In this document: piece after piece, positions 13,585-27,200 of the stretch
Layout: each line of letters begins with the position of its first letter
Position numbering within the stretch: position 1 is the stretch's first letter
Source: Dictyostelium discoideum
Lineage: Eukaryota
DNA: 64,000 nt
Direction of reading: 5' to 3'
Assembly: GCA_000004695.1 (NCBI GenBank)
Contig: CM000153.2
Coordinates: 2,656,001-2,720,000, forward strand
Position numbers and translations under genes: made by a program
The notes under the pieces: generated by a model
Told to the model about the DNA's origin: nothing
Seen by the model: the letters and a program-made list of their open reading frames with translations, nothing else
Database searches by the model: none

Positions 13585-15865
13585 TTATTTATTATTATTA
13601 TTATTATTTACCACATGATTTAATAATGCGATTGAATTTGAAAAAGAGAAATTAATATTTTGACCTCTTGATCTTATATAAATGGTACGAAGATTAATTA
13701 AAATATAAATTATTAAAGATATTAATAATGTAAATAACACAATCCATGGTAATACATGCATACCAATATATTGTTGACATATACCAATTAACCATGGAAT
13801 TACGATCTCTCCTGCCACTGCACCAATAACCATATAGGATGTTGATTCACCAGTAACTGGTATCGATAAATTTTGAGGGAGAGAGAACGCAGTTGGGAAA
13901 ATTGATGCTAAACTTAAACCCAATCCAGCAGTTGATATCCAAAGTATAGCTGATGAATTTGGGAAAAATATCATTAAAAGTGTAAAGAAGAAACAACCCA
14001 ATGTATCCATAATAACCATCTTTTGAGGTGACATTACCAATGATATAAAAACTCCTGCTAATCTACCAACTGTAAAACTTCCCCAAAACATTGAATTTAA
14101 TAATGCTCCTGTTTTTTCATCAAATTTTAAATTTTCAATACTATATTAAAAAAAAAAAAAAAAATTAGTTAAAATTATAATGATAAATAATTAATAATAA
14201 TAATAATAATTACCTAAATGTACAAATCCAACCACCAAAACCACTTTCACCACCGACATAAAAAAATAAGAATACAGCTATTGCAGCTATAACTTCAATT
14301 TTTAATCTTTTTTCTGTTTTTGAACTACTGATATCATTATTATTACTATTATTAATCTTTAAATCTGTTGATTCATTAATTTTATCATTTATAGTGTTTG
14401 TAATTGCATCATCAACAATATTTGAACTGTTATTATTATTATTATTATTACTATTATCATCAATATTACCAGTGGAAGGTATTAATTCAATATCTTCTAC
14501 AACTGGTGGTTTTGCAGGTTTTAAAAATATAACAGTAAGAAAACTTGAAAGCATAACCATTGATAATACGAAATATTGAGTGAATAATGAATTTTCAGAC
14601 ATTCCTGCAACAAATAAAGGTGCAACAAAAGCTCCAAGACCAAAAGAAAAATGTAAAAGTTGCATGAATGGGTTAACTTTTTCCTTCCATACCCAAACTA
14701 TTAATGTATTTAAACTTGAATCGATTAATCCTGCACCTCCACCCTCCAACATGAATAAAAATGCTGTTAACCAAATATTCTTACTTAATGGTATTAATAA
14801 TAATGATATTGACATTAATATAACACAACCTGCAATTACTAAATTATTATTTTTAACCCTATCTAAAAACTATTTTTTTTAAAAAATAAAATAAATAATA
14901 ATAATTTAGTAAATTAAAAAATAAATAGGATATATGATTATGTAATAATAACAATAATAATAATAATAATAATAATTATTATTATTATTACTTACTCTAC
15001 AACCTAATGAAAATATAAAATAACCAAGACCTCTTGCAGAAAAAAAATAACCAACTTGATCAGTTGAAGCATGTAAATGATAAGTGAAACTATGTAATGT
15101 TGGACCTAAAGAACCAACACTAATACCTAAAGCTACAAAACAAAATAAATAAGCTGAAGTTAAGATTAATTCAGATCTATGCATTGAAGCATCAATTTTA
15201 ATCTTTTCACATTGTTCCAGTATTCTTTCATAGATATTATTATTATAGTTCTTTTTAATATATTGACTGAAAGGGGCAATATAACCACTATCATCCATCG
15301 ATGTTATAAAATCACTTTCATTCAATTCATTAACTCCATTATCATCCAATGTTAATGTAAATTCGTTAAATGATTGTTGATGTTTATTTTTAAAATTTTT
15401 ACCATATATATTATCATCATCATATTCATTATTGTCATCGCTATAACTACCAATTACATTAATATTATTATTATTATAGTTGATATTATTATTATTACTA
15501 TTATTATTCGGTATATAATTACTATTATTATTATTATTATTATTACTTCTATTAGATGATTTTATATTTTGATAATCTTCCTCTTCTTCTTCTTCTTGTT
15601 GTTCTTCTTGTTGTTGCTGTTGTTGAATATCTATTGAAGTTTTTGGTGGTGAAATTAAACTTTGACTGTCATCATTAAATTCTTCAATTTCTCCAGACAT
15701 GTTTATATCCTCTTTACTTTGATTCATTATAATGGCACCACTATTTGATCCAATGGATGCTGTACCTTCTTCTGAAAATTCACTATCATATTGGTTAATA
15801 TTATTTTCATTGCCATTACTAACGCTATTTGAATCTTCCAATCTAATGAAATCTCCTTTTGTCAT
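13585..15865 (-). CDS. Major-facilitator-superfamily transporter, MFSD4 (sodium-dependent glucose transporter-like) family; exons 15865-14996, 14869-14214, 14140-13585
   Basis: Exon 1 has a long hydrophilic poly-N/Q/E N-terminus, then TM1/TM2 (LFCFVALGISVGSLGPTL...GYFFSARGLGYFIFSLGCR). It ends AGA|gtaagt. The acceptor aaaaaaaatag|TTTTTAGATAGG continues FLDRVKNNNLVIAGCVILMSISLLLIPL.... Exon 2 ends ...GGWICTF(AG|gtaatt). Exon 3 starts ttaatatag|TATTGAAAAT... and runs to ...NHVVNNNNNNK*. The exon-2 low boundary is placed to agree with the ORF-track frame. Confidence 0.7.
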
Positions 15866-15889
15866 TATTGTTATGGTGTGTGGGTTGAT

Positions 15890-15925
<36 letters not shown>

Positions 15926-16550
15926 TATTTGTCTATTTTTATTTTGAATCTAAATTATTATTGTTATTATATATTATTACTATTACTATTATTATTATTG
16001 TTATTACTAATAATACTATTATAATGTAATCGATTGGAAAATAAAATATAAATTAAAAGGTCTGGTGACTAGGTGGTTGACAAAAAAATAATAAAAAAAA
16101 AATTAAAAATAAAAAAAAAATAAAAAAAAAAAAAAAAATGAAAAATTAATTTGTTTTAAAAAAAAAAAATGACACCACAGTTAGTGTGTTAACGAAAAAT
16201 TAAAAAAAAAAATAAAAATTTTTTAAGAATTTCCCGTAATAACACAATTTTGATAGATATTTTAAATATAATATTTCACCAAACAAAAAAAAAAAAAAAT
16301 TAAATTTGATAAATAAAAAAAATAATAATAACCCATCCAACAAATTAAAATGAGTATCTCAAAAAAAACCTGATTTATATTTGATCATTTTTTTTTGATT
16401 ATTCTTTTTATCCAATTATCGTAAATAAATAAATATATAAAATATTTTAAGAAATTTAGTTTTAAAATTTTTTTTTTTTTTTTTATTGCTTGATTTTTTT
16501 TTTTTTTTTTTTTTTTTCTTATTAATTCTTTTTTTTTATTTTTTTTTTTT

Positions 16551-19180
16551 TTATTTCTTATTTTTACCACCACTTGGTTTTGACTTTTTAGAAGAATCTT
16601 TTGAACGTCCAACAGTTTTTAATTTATTCTTTTGAGCTCTTAAATCTTTCTTCATACGTTTATCAACGATCTTGTATTTACCAGTACCACCACCAGCAGT
16701 TTTTGATTTTTTAGCAATCATGATGATCTTCTTTGGTTTCATATTCTTCTTATCAGTACCAGAGTAAAGTTTTTCAATGGCTTTAGATTTCTCACGATTG
16801 GACATTTCTGGATTATCAACGATACTACTTGCCTTGTCACGAGTTTTCTCCATTTTCTTACCAAGACGATACTTCTTTCTAGCCTTAGCCTCTGCGATCT
16901 TCTTGATTGGACGATCATCAATTTCTTTAATCTTTCTTCTAATTTCATCGACCATTTCTTTGGTGAGTGGAGTTTGAGCTTTATTATGACGATTTTCATC
17001 ATCAGTGAACCAATTTGGTAAACCTGTATCATTGAATGCATATTTATTAAATGAATCATCGATTAAATCTTGTCTTGATTTCTTTCTAATCAAGAATTCA
17101 CCCAATGCTTTAGTTTTAATTTTATCATCAATATCTTCATCCGAGTCTGATTCATATTCAACCTCTTCTTGAACTGGTACTTCTTCGAAACCTTTAATGC
17201 TATTTCCTTTATCATCATCATCATCTTGATCATCTTTATCATCCAATGTTGGATTCTTTTGATATTTACTCTTTTGTTTACCAAATTCAGCACTGTTTGT
17301 AGTTTTTTGTTTCTTTGTAATTGGTTGAGCAGCTTGTGGTTTTTGTTTCTTTAATTTACTAATATCAATTGGTTTATTATTTTCATCATCTTGGTCGTCG
17401 TCGCCATCTTGTTCTGGTTCGGATTCAGAATCACCTGGATTTCTATATTCAACACCACCAAATAATTCATTATCAAAAAATAATGAACTAACAGCTTGAG
17501 CATCTGGTTCTTTACGTTTATTACCAACTAATAATGGATTTGATTCTTCTTGTTCTTCAACAAATTCTTCATCATCTTCATTATAACCATCTTGACCGAT
17601 TTTATCTTTTTTAACTTTAACATCATCTAATTTTGCTGCTTTCTTTCTAATTCTTTGTTGATATAATTTATATTGTTCATCTAATTGTTGTTCAAGATAT
17701 TCATCATCATCAATTAATTTTGAATCACCATTGTTGTCATCGTCGTCATCATCGTCAGAATCATCTGAATCAAATTCATCAGAACTGATATCACTATGAT
17801 CAGCTACAATATCTTCATCAAATTCATCTTTACCCTTCATTGAATATAAATCACCATCGGTAGTTTCTTCAATTTTATCACCTGGAATATGCATTGTTAA
17901 TTCAATCTTTCTTTGATGTTTACGTTTTAATTCATTTTGTCTCTTCTTTTCTTTTCTCTTTTTCTTTTCAACCAAAGCCAAGTACTCCTTCATCTCCTCT
18001 TGCAAATTCTCTTCCATTTCTTCGGCGGTTAATTCTTTCTTTTCCTCTGGTTTCTCGGTCTCTTCCTCATCTGGATTATCCAATTTCTCTTTATAGGCAG
18101 CCATAGCTTTCTTCCATTTAATGATTTTTTGGAAATCATTTTTATTTAAAACTTTCAAATCTTTAACCAACTCTTTAATCTCTGGTGTGGTCAATTCATG
18201 TTGTTCAAAGATTTTTGCGGCTTCATCAAATTCAAAGGCATTGAAATTTGCAAGATCTTGAAGATGTTCATTACTATTGACAAAATCTGAAATGAAACCT
18301 TTTTTATACAATACTGTGACGCCATCTTCGTAACCAGCTCTATTGACTTTTTTCTTCTCTGAAAGAACATCGACTTTCTTAACTTCTTGAATCTCCTTGA
18401 AAACGAATTTTGGATCTAATAATTTTGGATCGATTCTCTTTGGATTCAAAAAGCCTTGACAAACTACGAAAATCTCTGCTGATGCATTACGTGATGATGG
18501 TGGTTTAGTAGATTCAACTTTTTTAAAGAGTTTGTTGAATACCCAAATCAATGAATTATAATCTGAGCCTCTGAAAACTTTAGTTACAAACCAACCACCA
18601 GTAGTAAGGAATTCAGTTGCCAACTTTAATGCATGTAAAGTTAATTCCGCTTGTTGATATGCATCTTGTACCCATGATGTACCCATATTTGGTGCACCAT
18701 CATGTAAACATACATCAACTTTCCATGTTTTCAATGCTTTTTTAATCTCTGTTCTACACTTTTGTGTTGTAATATCTTCTGTTAAACCAATACAATTTCT
18801 AACTTGTCTAATTGGTACTAAATCTACACCAACAATTAATGATTGAACTGGCATATATTTTGATGCAACTTGCATCCTATATAATAATAAAAATAAAAAA
18901 ATAAAAAATAAAAAATAAAAAAAAAAAAACGAGATTAATATTTATTTATTTATAATATTTATATTTTTAATAAAATAATAATAATAATAATAATAAAAAC
19001 TTACCAACCACCTGGTGCAGCACAAAGATCTAAACAAGCTTTTGCGGTACCCAAAAAATTGTATTTTTTATTTAATTGAATTAATTTGAAAGCAGCACGA
19101 GATCTATAACCTTGCTCTTTGGCCATATAGTAAAACTTATCTAAACGACCCTTGGCTAACTTCTTTTTCTTTTGACCCAT
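16551..19180 (-). CDS. AdoMet-dependent rRNA 2'-O-methyltransferase Spb1/FtsJ3; exons 19180-19005, 18876-16551
   Basis: Exon 1: [59 protein letters not shown] (compare yeast Spb1 [44 protein letters not shown]...DLCAAPGSW). The donor is GGTTG|gtaagt. The acceptor atatag|GATGCAAGTTGC continues [21 protein letters not shown]...LHDGAPN...and ends in the Lys-rich Spb1 C-terminal domain. The product is about 833 aa. This may be the Dictyostelium fsjC locus; that assignment is unverified. Confidence 0.9.
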
Positions 19181-19773
19181 TTTAGTTTATATATATGTGT
19201 ATCTATATTTATTAATACAGGAATAAATATTTAAGAAGAGAAAAAAAAAAATAAAAAAATTTTGTAAAAAAAAAAAAAATAATAAAAAAAAAAACAAATC
19301 AATTTTACGGATCCGTTCGTTTTTTTTTCTTAAAAAAAAAATTAAAAAAAATTAAAAAAAAAAAAATTCAAAAAAATAAAAAAAAAAAATTAAAAAAAAA
19401 TAAAAATTAAAATGATTAGATAATAAATAAAAGATAATTAATTTTAAATGGTTATTTTTGAACCAAATAATTCTTAACCAAAATTTTTTTTTTTTTTTAC
19501 AAAAATAATAATAATAAAAATAAAAAATGAAAATTTTAAAAAAAATGAGATTTGGTTACTTTACTTTAATTTATTTTATTTTATTTTTGTTTTTTTTTTA
19601 AAAATTTTTTTAATGAATATTTGAATAAAGATCATAAATAAATTAAACTAAATATTTAAATGAAAAATAATAAATAATAATTAAGAAATAAAAACAAAAA
19701 ATCAATAATTTAATTTTTTTTTTTTTTACATTTTATTTTTTTTTTCGAAATTCAAAAAATTTTGATTTTCTGT

Positions 19774-19826
<53 letters not shown>

Positions 19827-20533
19827 TTTTTTTTTTTTTTTTTTCAATTTTTTTTTTTTTTTCATTTTTTTTCATTTTTTAATTGGGGGAAAATACCCTT
19901 CAGAGACTCAATAACCCCCCAACATCATTCGTTCGATTAAATGGTGGGAAAAAAATTAAAAAAAAACTTGGTTTTTTAAATTATAAAAATTAAAAAAAGG
20001 ACCAGCAGATTTTTTAAACCATCTTTAGTTAAAAACTGTAAGTACACACACTTTTTTTTGATTTTTTTTTTTTTTAAAAAAAAATTATTATCTGTTTTTT
20101 ATCTTTATTACAACAATATGTTCACATTTTTTTTTTTAAATATTTTTTTTTTTTTTTTTTAAAAAGAATACTTTTTTTATTTTATTTTATTTTTAATTTC
20201 ACAATCAACCACATTCATTAGAATAATAATCAAACAGCAAACAAAGTGAAAGTATTTAAAAAAAAAAAAAAAAAAAAAACAAATATTTTCATAAAAAAAA
20301 AATAAAAAAGTTAAAAAACAGTGGGAATTTTTTTTTTTTTCATATGAAAACACTATGAAAAAAAAAACAAAAAAAAAATAAAAAAATAAAATAAATATAT
20401 AATATACAATCAAAAAAAATGAAATAAATAAAAAATAAAGAGTTATATATAATAGTAAAATTGTTTAATTTTTTTTTTTTTTTTTTTTTTATTCTCAAAA
20501 CTAACTAAAATTATTATAATTTAAAAAAAAAAG

Positions 20534-21138
20534 GTCGTACATTTGCTACATACAATACAGTTAATTCTACAACATCATTCCCAACTTCACATTTTGAAAA
20601 ATATAGAGCAGAAAAGAATGAAGTTGATCCAGAGAACCGTGGATTTGCTTATTTAGTTGTAGGTGGTGCTGGTGCTGGTTTAGCAGCTATTGCCAAGAAC
20701 ACTGTTGTCACAGCATTAAGTACAATGTCACCAGGTCAAGATATTCTTGCCTTATCATCAGTTGAAGTTGATCTTAGTGGTATCCCAGAATCAACCGCTG
20801 TTGTTGTAAAGTGGAGAGGTAAACCATTATTCATTCGTCACAGATCCGCTGAAGAAATCTCTGAATCACAAGCTGTCCAATTATCAACACTCCCAGATCC
20901 ACAAGCTGATAACGCTCGTTCAAAAGTACCAGAATGGATTATTTTAGTTGGTGTTTGCACTCATTTAGGTTGTATCCCAATTTCAGGTGGTGGTGATTAC
21001 AATGGTTGGTATTGTCCATGTCATGGTTCTCACTATGATAACGCTGGTCGTATTAGAAAGGGTCCTGCCCCAATGAACTTAATCGTTCCACCATATAAAT
21101 TCATTACTTCCGATAAAATCATTGTTGGTGATGAATAA
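20534..21138 (+). CDS. Rieske iron-sulfur protein of the cytochrome bc1 complex (main exon; 5' presequence exon unresolved)
   Basis: ...WRGKPLFIRHRSAEEI...PEWIILVGVCTHLGCIPISGGGDYNGWYCPCHGSHYDNAGRIRKGPAPMNLIVPPYKF...IVGDE* carries both Rieske 2Fe-2S boxes (CTHLGC, CPCHGS). The reading frame has an in-frame TAA at 20506. The only upstream AG is at 20532-33, so the exon starts in phase 1 and the initiator and presequence exon must lie upstream. Confidence 0.85.
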
Positions 21139-21197
21139 ATTTAAATATTCCATTTAAATAATAATATAATAATAATAATACTTTTTCAAAAATACAC

Positions 21198-21262
<65 letters not shown>

Positions 21263-21622
21263 CAAAAAAAATAATACTCACAATATTTAAAAAACAATAA
21301 CTTTTTTTTTTCCAAAAACAAAATTCAATATATACATAAAATAGTGCTGTACATAAATCTTTAAATAATTTTTGGTACAGCTGTTAAATTACAAAAAAAC
21401 AATACAAAAAAAAAAAAAAAAAAAAAAAAACTCTTTAATTTACTTTTTCTTAAATAATGCGAGAGAATAAAAAAATAAAAATAAAATTTAATTAAAAAAA
21501 AAAAAAAGAAAAAAAAAAAAAATAATTGAAAATTATATTTTATCTATCTAAAAATGAGTTTTTATTGGATTTTGAACTAAAAATTTTAAAACTATTTCAG
21601 GAAATTTTAAAAATAACCGTGA

Positions 21623-21816
21623 TTATTTAGTACTTGGGAAAACTGGATCGTTTTCGTTAACTTTTCTAAAATCTGGTCTTTCAACAACAGTGGTGGTATC
21701 TTTGGTTGGTTGTCCGCTTACTAATTTCCTTCAGCTTCTTTCCAGGTGCCTTTATAGTTATCACTGACTTCATATTCTTGACCAACTCTTCCTTCAACAA
21801 TTTTTTCTGGTTCCAT
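21623..21816 (-). other. Small acidic ORF (~65 aa) with an apparent +1 frame disruption (possible pseudogene or homopolymer error)
   Basis: ATG GAA CCA GAA AAA... gives MEPEKIVEGRVGQEYEVSDNYKGTWKEAEGN, which hits TAG. The next frame then reads KLVSGQPTKDTTTVVERPDFRKVNENDPVFPSTK* to a TAA. The shift is at GAAGGAAATTAG (plus-strand 21721-21732). No family recognised. Confidence 0.3.
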
Positions 21817-21898
21817 ACTAAAATTTTTTTTTTTTTTTTTTTATTTTTTTGTTAAACTATTCCACTAAATTTGATACCAAAAAAGTAAATTTTCTTTT

Positions 21899-21904
<6 letters not shown>

Positions 21905-21967
<63 letters not shown>
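21905..21967. repeat. (AT)31 dinucleotide microsatellite
   Basis: An uninterrupted atatat... run, seen directly. Confidence 0.95.
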
Positions 21968-21968
<1 letters not shown>

Positions 21969-22621
21969 CTATTTATGAATATTTGGGTTTGGAGAAAAAA
22001 AAAAAAAAAAAAAAAATTAAAAAATATAATTTGTATTTGGGTAGTACAAAAAAAATAATTAAAAAACCAAACTAAGAAAAAGAAGATTAAAAAATGAAAT
22101 TATAAATCAAAAATTTAATTAAAAAAGACCAAATTAGGAGACAAAAGATTTTATAGGAAATGTAATTAGACCATTATTTAAATAATTGTTTTGTGTTTAT
22201 ATATATGTATTTATTTTATTTTATTTTTTTTTTTAAAAAAAACCATTGCTGAAAATAATTGTTTTGTGTTTATATTTATATATTTTTTTAAAAAATTATA
22301 TTAATTTTATTAATGTTAACAAAATCTTTACCATTTTATTTTTTATTTTTTGTTTTTAAAATCTAGAGTCTTTATAAATTTTATGTATTTTTAAATTTAT
22401 TTTATTGATTTTTTTTTTTATTATTTTTTTTGATCAAAAAAAAAAATGTTTTAATTTATTTATTTATTATTATTCATCTTAATTTTTAAGGTTAAGAAAA
22501 CTTCCAATTTTATCAATTTAATTTGGAAAATATTTTCTTTTTGAATTTTAAAGATTTTGTTGCGTTCGGTTGATATTTTTTTATGTGACAAAAATTTTTT
22601 TTTTTTTATTTTTGTTTTTTT

Positions 22622-22623
<2 letters not shown>

Positions 22624-22681
<58 letters not shown>
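22624..22681. repeat. Poly(T) homopolymer, ~58 nt
   Basis: Seen directly. Similar long A/T homopolymers occur at 180-300, 7680-7710, 7861-7896, 19781-19823, 42361-42422 and 61861-61912. Confidence 0.95.
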
Positions 22682-22682
<1 letters not shown>

Positions 22683-22889
22683 GGGATAAAACTTAATTAT
22701 TTATTTTTTTATTTTTAATTTTAATTTTTTTTTATTTTTTTTTAAAATTTTAATTATTTGTATCATTTTAAATTTTTTTTAATATTAATATATATATATA
22801 ATATTACAAATAGTAAAACAGAAAAATAAAATCAACATTGCAATTAATTTAAATATTAATAAAACACATAAGAAAAGAAATAAATAAAA

Positions 22890-24008
22890 ATGTCACAAAC
22901 TGATATCCTCTACGCCTGTGTTAGTTATAAAGGTGTTTGTTTAGTAGAACATAAAATTGCAAATGGTAATTTTATTGATTTAGCAAGAAGGTAAGAGAAA
23001 TTCAATAAAATAAAAATAAAAATAAAAAAATCTTTAAATAAATTCAATACTAATAATTTAAACTTAAATATAAAACACAACATCAATTCTAAATGATAAT
23101 TTATAAATAACTATATAAATACAATAATAACAATAACAATAACAATAACAATAACAATAATACAACAATTTATCAACTTTTTTTATCAATAGACTTATCA
23201 CAAAGATTCCACCAACAAGTAAAAAGATTTACACATCAGAGAATCATAATTTTCACTATATTTCAGAGAATGATTTAGCGTTTTTATGTTTATGTCACGA
23301 GAAATTAGGAGTTCAAATACCATCAGAATTTTTATCAGATATTAGACAACAATTCATTCGTTCATATGGACAATCATTTTCTCAAAATTCACCAACAGCT
23401 ACATACGACCCATTCATTAGAGTTTTAGAGGAACGTATGAAATATTACTCAAATCCAAAATCGAACAAAATGAATTTAGTTATGGATCAAGTATCAGAAG
23501 CTAAAGGTGCTTTAACTGATGCTATAGGTAGGTTTTTTTTTTTTTTTTTTTTTTATATGTTGTCCACATCATCAAATATTATTGTTGTGTGGGGCGTTTT
23601 TTTTTTTAAAAAATTGGAAAAGATATTTTTTTTTAATTTTTTTAAAAGGTTTTCCGACCTGTGGTTACATCATCAGACATTAACAAATTAATTATTTTAA
23701 TTTTCCAAAAAATATAGAAAAGACAATTCACAGAGGTGAAAAGATTGAAATTATTGTAGATAAAACTGAAAGACTTCAATCAGAATCATTTGTTTTTAAA
23801 AGTAACTCTGTTGCTTTAAAAAGAAAACTTTGGTGGCAAAATAAAAAATTAGCAATTGCAATTGGTTTAGTTGTTTGTGTAAGTTTACCTAAAAAAAAAA
23901 AAAAAAAAAAAAATTAAAATTAAAATCAATTACTAATTCTCTTTTCTTTTATAGATTTTAATTGCTGTAATTACCCTTGCTCTCTTAAAATATTTCAAAG
24001 TAATTTAA
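22890..24008 (+). CDS. vamp7: VAMP7-type longin R-SNARE; exons 22890-22990, 23193-23527, 23718-23878, 23955-24008
   Basis: MSQTDILYACVSYKGVCLVEHKIANGNFIDLAR|RLITKIPPTSKKIYTSENHNFHYISENDLAFLCLCHEK... is a longin domain (compare human VAMP7 KIPSENNKLTYSHGNYLFHYI). ...GALTDAI|EKTIHRGEKIEIIVDKTERLQSESFVFKSNSVALKRKLWWQNKKLAIAIGLVVC|ILIAVITLALLKYFKVI* gives the SNARE motif and TM anchor. All junctions are GTAAG/GTAGG...ATAG. Confidence 0.85.
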
Positions 24009-24202
24009 ATAAATCCCTATCAAAACTTTTACACTGGAAATCAAAAAAAAAAAAAAAAAAGACTTTTTATAGAAAAAATAAAAAAATAAAATTTCAAAAA
24101 AGAAAAAAAAAATTAAAAATAAATTCTTGGATTGTACAAAAATAGTTATTTAAATTTGATTTATATTATTTTTTATTCTATTTTTTTTTTTTTTTCTTTT
24201 TT

Positions 24203-27200
24203 TTAATTATCAGTTATCATTGAATCTTTTTGACCAAAACCACCTCCACCTGGAGTAAAAATTATAATTGATTCATTTCTTTCAATGTTGATTGAGTTTT
24301 TACTACCAATATTAATATATTTTCCATTATTTTTTAAAACTAAATTTAAACCTCTTTCAGCATTTTCACCACCCATTAGTCCACGTGGTTGTAATGAACG
24401 ACGTTCTGATAGGATACTTACTGTGAAATTTTTTAAGAATTGAATTTCTCTGACTACACCATCACCACCTTTAAATTTACCATCACCACCTGAACCATAT
24501 CTAACACTAAATTCTTTAACGATTACTGGATAACGTTTTTCCATAATTTCAACATCAGTGATTCTTGTATTGGTCATATGAGATTGAACAGCAGTGAAAC
24601 CATTAAAATTTGGACCAGCACCTGTACCACCAGCAATAGTTTCATAGTAACCCAATGTTTCATCACCAAAAGTTAAATTATTCATACAGCCTTGACTATT
24701 GGCACAAGCACCAAATGCAGATAAAATAACATCGGTTAAACGTTGACTTGTTAAAACATTACCTCCTACGACAGCAGAATCAAATGATGGATTTAAAATT
24801 GAGCCTGGTGGGATTACGGTTAAAATTGGAGCTAAACAACCTTGATTTAATGGTATTTCACTCTTTACCATTGCTCTGAGACTATAGATGGTAGCAGATA
24901 GTGTAATTGACGTTGGTGCATTTGTATTGCCATATACTTCAACACCTGATCCACTCCAATCGAAAATTGCAGACTTTTTCTCACGATCAATGGTTAACTT
25001 TAATTCAATCTTTGAACCATCATCCATATAATCGGTGGAAATAAGTGTATCGAGTGGTTTTAAATTATTTGAAATTGAAATATCATATAACATATCTCTA
25101 ACAGCTAATTCAGCATTCTTTTGAATATGATACATATAGGCATGAACAACATCCAAACCATAATGATTGATTAGCTCTTGCATCAATTGAATACCTTTAT
25201 GATTTGCAGCGATTTGTGCTTTCAAATCACTGATATTATCAGAGAGATTACGTGATTTTTCAAATGTTTTTCTAACTGCCTCTTCTTGGAAATGACCATC
25301 CTTTACAATCTTTAATGACATGATTGCTGCACCCTCTTCAGAGATACTCTTTGAAAAGGGTGGCATTGAACCTGGAGTAATTCCACCAATATCTGCATGA
25401 TGTCCACGAGATGCAACGAAAAATACAATTTCACCTTTATGATAAACTGGTGTCATTACCGTTAAATCTGGTAAATGACTACCACCAGCTTGTGGATGGT
25501 TTGATAAAACTACTTCACCCTCTTTCCAATTGGAACCTAAAGTTTCAACTTGATATTTAACAGCATTTTGCATACTACCTACATGAATTGGAATTGCTGG
25601 AGCATTTGCAACTAAACCACCATCAGGACTAAATAAAGCACAACTAAAATCTAAACGTTCTTTAATGTTTGTAGAGATTGAGGTACGAATGATTATTTTA
25701 CCCATTTGTTCAGCAATACTCATAAAACGATGAGAGAATACAGATAACATAATTGGGTCTAATTCTGTGGTAACTGTTTTACTTTTACCACCACCAATTA
25801 GAATTTCAATGTTACCTGATGGTTTTAAAATATTTGCTTTACAATTTGGTTCAACCACGATTGTAGTTGTATTATCAATAATGATAGCTGGACCATCGAT
25901 TGAATCACCACCACACAATGACTTTAAAAGATAAATTGGTGTATCAATTCTACCAACAGATTCAAAATAACATTTTTGAATGGTTTCAGGTTTTAATGGT
26001 TCACCAGTTGAATCATTGATTCTAAGAGAATTTAAATCGGAGCCACGTGCGTGTACTCTAACTCTAATATCATCAATTAATAAGTCACGACCTAAAATAA
26101 GGAAACCAAATTCTCTCTTATAGTTGCTTTTAAATTCAGCTTCATAGTCATGATTATCGGGTGTTTTAATCATCATTGCTGTATCAGTACCAGAGAATCT
26201 TAAATTTAGAAAACCTTCACAAAATATTTCCTCTTCAGGGAAACCTTTATTCAAGAGTTGTTGTTTTGCATTTTCTTTCAATTGGTTTAATTGTTTTTCA
26301 AAGGTTGATTTATTCTCTTTATTATAGATTAAGGAACATGGTTCTTGAGTATCAATAACCAAATCGGCCAAACCTAAACCATAGGCACTTAAAATTCCAG
26401 AGAATCTATGAATGAAAACTTTTGGCATACCTAAATTTTGAGCGATACTGCATGAATGTTGGCCGCCTGCACCACCAAAACATGCAAGAACATGCTGAGA
26501 ACAATCGAATCCTTTTGCCTCTGTAATGTTTCTAATGGGTCTACACATTGCTTCATTTGCAACTCTAATGAAACCAAAAGCAACTTGATCCTCTGTCATT
26601 AGTGGTAAATTATTGTTTTGTTGAAATTGATTGATTTCATCGGTCAACTCTTTAAATGCCTTTTTGGTTGCCTCTAAATCCAATGGTTCATTTTGATTTG
26701 GACCAAAAATGGGTGGGAAGTATTCTGGTAATAATCTACCCAATAATAAATTTGCATCAGTAATAGCCAATTGACCATTCTTTTTATAACAAACCGGACC
26801 AGGATGTGCACCAACTGATTCAGGACCAACTAAAAATAAACCACTCTTAAAGAATAATCTACTACCACCACCTGCCGCAACTGTATGAATATCTAATTGT
26901 GGTGCTTGAATTGTTAATCCTGATATTTCAGTTTCAAAAACATGATCCAATGTTCCATTATATCTACTAACATCTGTTGATGTACCACCCATATCAAATC
27001 CAATTATTGGTTGTTGTTTAATTTCATTATTGCCATTGTTGTTTTTATGTGATTCAATTACAGTTGAAGTAGTTTTTGAATAACCAACTACACCACCAGC
27101 TGGACCTGATAAAATTGATCTAAAACCTCTAAATGAATCAACTGGACATAAACCACCATCACTCATCATAAATGAAATATCAACATCACCAATATTACTA

